Shown here piece by piece: positions 34,087 to 37,051 of a DNA stretch of 37,051 nt. Below the pieces are notes generated by a model that saw nothing but the letters and a program-made list of their open reading frames with translations, made no database searches and was not told where the DNA came from. The DNA comes from Bacteroidota bacterium. Lineage in GTDB: Bacteria; Bacteroidota; Ignavibacteria; UBA10030; UBA6906. Location: positions 1 through 37,051 of the forward strand of contig JBKJJX010000133.1 of the NCBI GenBank assembly GCA_046597825.1. The letters run 5' to 3'. Every line of letters starts with the position of its first letter. The first letter of the stretch is position 1. The translations under genes were made by a program, and so were the position numbers.

Positions 34087-34695
34087 TCAATTGTCGTTCG
34101 TCCGTGTCATGTACACGTTTGTTGACACGCCATTCGCGTAACGGGCAACACCGGTCATTGTGCTGTTATCATCCGAGATGGTTACCTCGGAGCGGCCCGT
34201 ATTTCCCTGAAGGTCAATGAAGTCCATGAATGCTTTTCGCGATACGACCGTTCCTTGTCCGTACGCCGTTCGGGTGGCCGTGCCATACAGATTGAAATAC
34301 TGTTCTGCCGTAAATGCAACACCGTTCTGGTTGATAATAACGTACGATCCGTCCGGTGCGTACCACGTGCCGCCAAGCTGCGCCGCGTTTTGAAACGGAG
34401 CGTTCCGTTTCGGCTGTGCGGTTATGACTTGCCCGGACGATTGTTGTTCCGGCTGCCTGTCCTTCTCCGCGAGCTTCGCTTCCATTTGTTTGATTTTGTC
34501 TTCGAGCTCCTGCTGCTTTGTGTTTCCTTCGGCCTGGCTCAGCTCTGCCATCTTCTTTGGCGATTCGGTTTTTGTGCCGATGACGCCGACCTGGTTCAGG
34601 ATAACGATAAAGCCGCCAATGGCGGTTACGAGCGTTGCGGTCGCGGTGATTATTCCCGGCACCGTGGTCCAGAATGATTTTTGATCATCAGGCAT
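34087..34695 (-). CDS. Hypothetical single-pass membrane protein (TM anchor, charged coiled-coil linker, ~100-aa beta-rich C-terminal domain)
   Basis: 202 aa with AAGGAG 7 nt before the ATG. The TM helix is VPGIITATATLVTAIGGFIVIL. The linker is KQQELEDKIKQMEAKLAEKDRQPEQQ. The C-terminal domain is GGTWYAPDGSYVIINQNGVAFTAEQYF.... No family recognised. Confidence 0.7.
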   Translation of the reverse strand: MPDDQKSFWTTVPGIITATATLVTAIGGFIVILNQVGVIGTKTESPKKMAELSQAEGNTKQQELEDKIKQMEAKLAEKDRQPEQQSSGQVITAQPKRNAPFQNAAQLGGTWYAPDGSYVIINQNGVAFTAEQYFNLYGTATRTAYGQGTVVSRKAFMDFIDLQGNTGRSEVTISDDNSTMTGVARYANGVSTNVYMTRTNDN

Positions 34696-34764
34696 GGCAA
34701 GCTCCTTCTAAGATGGCATAGTTGGGAATTTATTTTTCCGCTCGTTGGTTGATTGTTGGGCTTT

Positions 34765-36129
34765 TTATCTGACTTTCCTCCCAACCACCACCAACCCAAC
34801 CCACAACACCAAACTCGCAATCAAACTAAAAAATAAAAACCGGCGCACGAAATACGTGTGTCCTCCTTCAGTCGGGTAGAAGGAATACGCCAGCTGAGGC
34901 TTAAACAAATATCGCTCAAGATTTCCCCAGAGAAAAGTCCAGTCGTTAAAAAATCCCGCGTAAATTTCCCGCACGTCTTCCACGTTGGGTGGACGACGGT
35001 ATTTTAGAATCGATTGAGCTGTGTACTCGCTCCGGTAAAATTCGTTGCACAATGCAAACGGCACAGTCACAACCGTGTCTTTGCCGGGAATGCCGGGTTT
35101 GTTTTCCCAGCCCCAGTCCACATAGATACGCACGAACGTACTGTCGAACGCATTGTGCTGGTTCATATGAAGAATATCCGCCGTGTTGAGTACCTGCCCG
35201 TTCTTGTCGGTGATGTACATTTCGCCCTGCGAGAGATCGACGAACGCCCAACGGTTTTGTTCAGGAATGAACGACTCCGCCCACGAATGTCCGGTGTACA
35301 CAATTGTATTGTCCTGCGTCCGTGCGCCAAACACAAACCGCGTTGCAATGCCCGCACGGTTCGCCCAAAATACATACGACTGCGCGTTTTGCGTGCACCA
35401 GCCTTTGCCCGTGCCGCACGCCAGTTCGTTGTACAACACCCAGGCATTCATCCAGCGCTCGTCATCTTTTGGCACGCCGCCCGAGCCCTTGAGTTTTCGC
35501 CGGAGGTAGGGGATAAGTTTCTCCATGCGCGCAAACGTCGGTTCGCCGTCTTTAATTTTTACTTCGTCGCGAAGTATGCGGTCGACTTCCGCCAGTCCCT
35601 CTTTGCCGACATAGTTGTAGTCATCAACCCATTCGCTGATCGGATACTGCTCGAACTCTCCGCACGGCACGTTTGCCCGCACAATGTAGACATCCTCGTG
35701 TTGCATGCCGAGCGAAGCGTAAAACTCCGTGCCGTAGAACTGAATTGAAATTTCAATCGGATGGATCTCCGGATGATTGACCGGAATAAGCGTGTACTTG
35801 TGCAGCTGTGCGAATGTTGTGTCGATGTGAAACGCTGGTTTCATGCCGGCCGCCTGCTGCTCGTTTGCGCCGTCCGTCAGGACTTTCCATTCGTTGATTT
35901 CCTTTGTGCAGGCGAGATTCAGTTGGATCCGGTTTCGTTCGATGAGTTTCCATTCGCGGATGGTCGGAATGTCGAGCGGATAGTAGAGGGTCGCGTAGGA
36001 AGTGGGATAGAAAGAAGATTCCCACTCACGCGTAAAGAAGACATACAGATTTGCGACTACGAGCAACAGAACCAGAAGTCCCGCTGCGCGGGTGAGCCAT
36101 TGTTGTTTTGTCATTGGTTTGCCATTCAC
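34765..36129 (-). CDS. Transglutaminase-like (papain-fold Cys-His-Asp) protein with TM helices at both termini
   Basis: 454 aa. The N-terminal TM is AAGLLVLLLVVANLYVFF and the C-terminal TM is FLFFSLIASLVLWVGLVVVG. The core motifs are GKGWCTQNAQSYVFWANRAGIATRFVFG (Cys), YTGHSWAESFIPEQNRW (His) and AFVDLS (Asp). The start is GTG 36129 or ATG 36114. Confidence 0.75.
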   Translation of the reverse strand: MNGKPMTKQQWLTRAAGLLVLLLVVANLYVFFTREWESSFYPTSYATLYYPLDIPTIREWKLIERNRIQLNLACTKEINEWKVLTDGANEQQAAGMKPAFHIDTTFAQLHKYTLIPVNHPEIHPIEISIQFYGTEFYASLGMQHEDVYIVRANVPCGEFEQYPISEWVDDYNYVGKEGLAEVDRILRDEVKIKDGEPTFARMEKLIPYLRRKLKGSGGVPKDDERWMNAWVLYNELACGTGKGWCTQNAQSYVFWANRAGIATRFVFGARTQDNTIVYTGHSWAESFIPEQNRWAFVDLSQGEMYITDKNGQVLNTADILHMNQHNAFDSTFVRIYVDWGWENKPGIPGKDTVVTVPFALCNEFYRSEYTAQSILKYRRPPNVEDVREIYAGFFNDWTFLWGNLERYLFKPQLAYSFYPTEGGHTYFVRRFLFFSLIASLVLWVGLVVVGRKVR

Positions 36130-36206
36130 GGTGGTAGAAAAAGAGAATCATCGTCGACTGAGCAAAGTACCCTGGAGGCCTGTCAGTCTTCGACTTTGCT
36201 AACGCG

Positions 36207-36428
36207 TCATACGACGCGCCATATATTATCTGCATCTTTGAAGTACGCCAGCCCGTTGCTCATCTCGTAGACTTCATGGCCTTGCTCGTCGATGTATCTT
36301 TTTTCCTCCACGACGCGAATATTGTTATTCTCCCGCGAAAGGTACGCAAGCAATGCGCTCATAGTCGGAGCAACATCGTGCAGCCACTGGTCATCGCTTT
36401 CTTTCATAAATGCGCGGCTCATCAGCAT
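36207..36428 (-). CDS. Small hypothetical protein (71-73 aa)
   Basis: M(LM)SRAFMKESDDQWLHDVAPTMSALLAYLSRENNNIRVVEEKRYIDEQGHEVYEMSNGLAYFKDADNIWRVV. It starts 10 nt after the thiolase stop. No family recognised with confidence. Confidence 0.5.
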   Translation of the reverse strand: MLMSRAFMKESDDQWLHDVAPTMSALLAYLSRENNNIRVVEEKRYIDEQGHEVYEMSNGLAYFKDADNIWRVV

Positions 36429-36438
36429 TCTCGTCCGG

Positions 36439-37051
36439 CTAGATTTTCTCCACTATGACTGCAACGCCTTGTCCCACGCCGATGCACATTGTTGCAAGTC
36501 CGTAGTGAGCATTACGTCGTTGCATTTCGTAGAGCAGTGTCGTCATTATGCGTGCGCCGCTGCAACCGAGCGGATGTCCGAGCGCAATTGCGCCGCCGTT
36601 TGGATTTACTTTTTCCATGGGGATATTCAGATCGCGAATGACCGCAATAGACTGGGCGGCGAATGCTTCGTTCAGCTCAACAACATCGATGTCGTTGATG
36701 GTAAGTCCGGCTTTCTTCAGTGCCATCTGCGTTGCGGGAACCGGACCGATACCCATGAACCGCGGGTCGACTCCCGCAATTCCGGTTGAGACAATGCGAG
36801 CCATCGGCTTCAAGCCAAGTTGATTTGCTTTCCTCTCGCTCATTACAATAACTCCTGCTGCACCATCGTTCAAAGACGAGGAGTTGCCAGGTGTTACGCT
36901 TCCACCTTTACGGAATACAGCCGGAAGTTTCGCGAGTTTTTCAAGAGTTGTGTCTGCCCGCGGTCCTTCATCCTGCGAGACAATAACCGGCTCGCCTTTC
37001 CGTGACGGTAATTCAACAGGGATTATCTCATCGTTAAAGTTTGAATTCTTC
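36439..37051 (-). CDS. Acetyl-CoA C-acetyltransferase (thiolase), C-terminal part; N-terminus beyond the window end
   Basis: The minus-strand frame is open from the window end: ...[72 protein letters not shown]...[15 protein letters not shown]...[28 protein letters not shown]...[20 protein letters not shown]. The thiolase His and Cys active-site boxes are present. The track's 'M' at 36873 is an internal TTG (Leu). Confidence 0.9.
   Translation of the reverse strand, partial: KNSNFNDEIIPVELPSRKGEPVIVSQDEGPRADTTLEKLAKLPAVFRKGGSVTPGNSSSLNDGAAGVIVMSERKANQLGLKPMARIVSTGIAGVDPRFMGIGPVPATQMALKKAGLTINDIDVVELNEAFAAQSIAVIRDLNIPMEKVNPNGGAIALGHPLGCSGARIMTTLLYEMQRRNAHYGLATMCIGVGQGVAVIVEKI

Noticed and set aside
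1-37051. Search for CRISPR arrays, transposases, integrases, phage genes, toxin-antitoxin pairs and restriction-modification genes
   Set aside because: None were found. There are no regularly spaced direct repeats and no recombinase or DDE motifs in any listed ORF. The window therefore does not look like a mobile or classical defence island. The DUF2130 nuclease-like gene is the only defence-flavoured element, and it stands alone.

Overview
Bacterial chromosomal window of 37 kb with mid-range GC by eye (not computed). Many starts have clear Shine-Dalgarno sites such as AAGGAG or GGAGG. Gene content (TatT-TRAP, DUF2911, GHL10, AmpG-like MFS) suggests an FCB-group or Ignavibacteria-like organism, but the taxon is a guess. 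I support about 37 protein genes. I found no rRNA, tRNA, CRISPR array, transposase, integrase or phage gene. Layout: (i) 1-825, minus strand: an ArsR-family metal sensor followed by a MerTP-like mercury/heavy-metal transporter that runs off the window start. (ii) 826-1304: an unassigned 479-bp spacer with a strong 14-bp stem-loop. (iii) 1305-25569: an unbroken plus-strand block. In order it holds a TatT-associated TRAP transporter (tatT-dctPQM); a tight unit of CPA1 antiporter, frameshifted MscS, large MscS and NhaP-type antiporter; a universal-stress-protein gene with an internal deletion coupled to mlaEFD; an APC permease fused to two Usp domains; two paralogous small 'TM-helix' membrane proteins flanking a HEAT-repeat protein and a split eukaryote-type lysine-ketoglutarate reductase / saccharopine dehydrogenase pair; then an amidohydrolase, a GNAT/carbon-nitrogen-hydrolase fusion, an AmpG-like MFS permease and an O-methyltransferase. 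(iv) 25641-37051: mostly minus strand. It holds a GHL10 glycosidase-like protein; an envelope-type operon (membrane protein, aldehyde dehydrogenase, duplicated lipoprotein, YbjQ, SAM methyltransferase, tandem DUF2911); a plus-strand DUF1801 gene; a DUF2130 coiled-coil/nuclease-like protein; two uncharacterised membrane proteins, one transglutaminase-like; a 73-aa protein; and the 3' part of a thiolase. There is no classical mobile or defence island. The points most worth a second look are the concentration of ion/osmotic-homeostasis genes in one strand-coherent block, two disrupted genes (MscS frameshift, Usp deletion), a nitrilase-superfamily domain whose catalytic Cys reads Gly, a CPA1 antiporter with GE in place of the ND ion-binding motif, the HEAT-LKR-SDH coupling, and the uncharacterised DUF2130 / membrane / transglutaminase-like stretch. 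All family names come from my own recognition of motifs in the translations. No database search was run.
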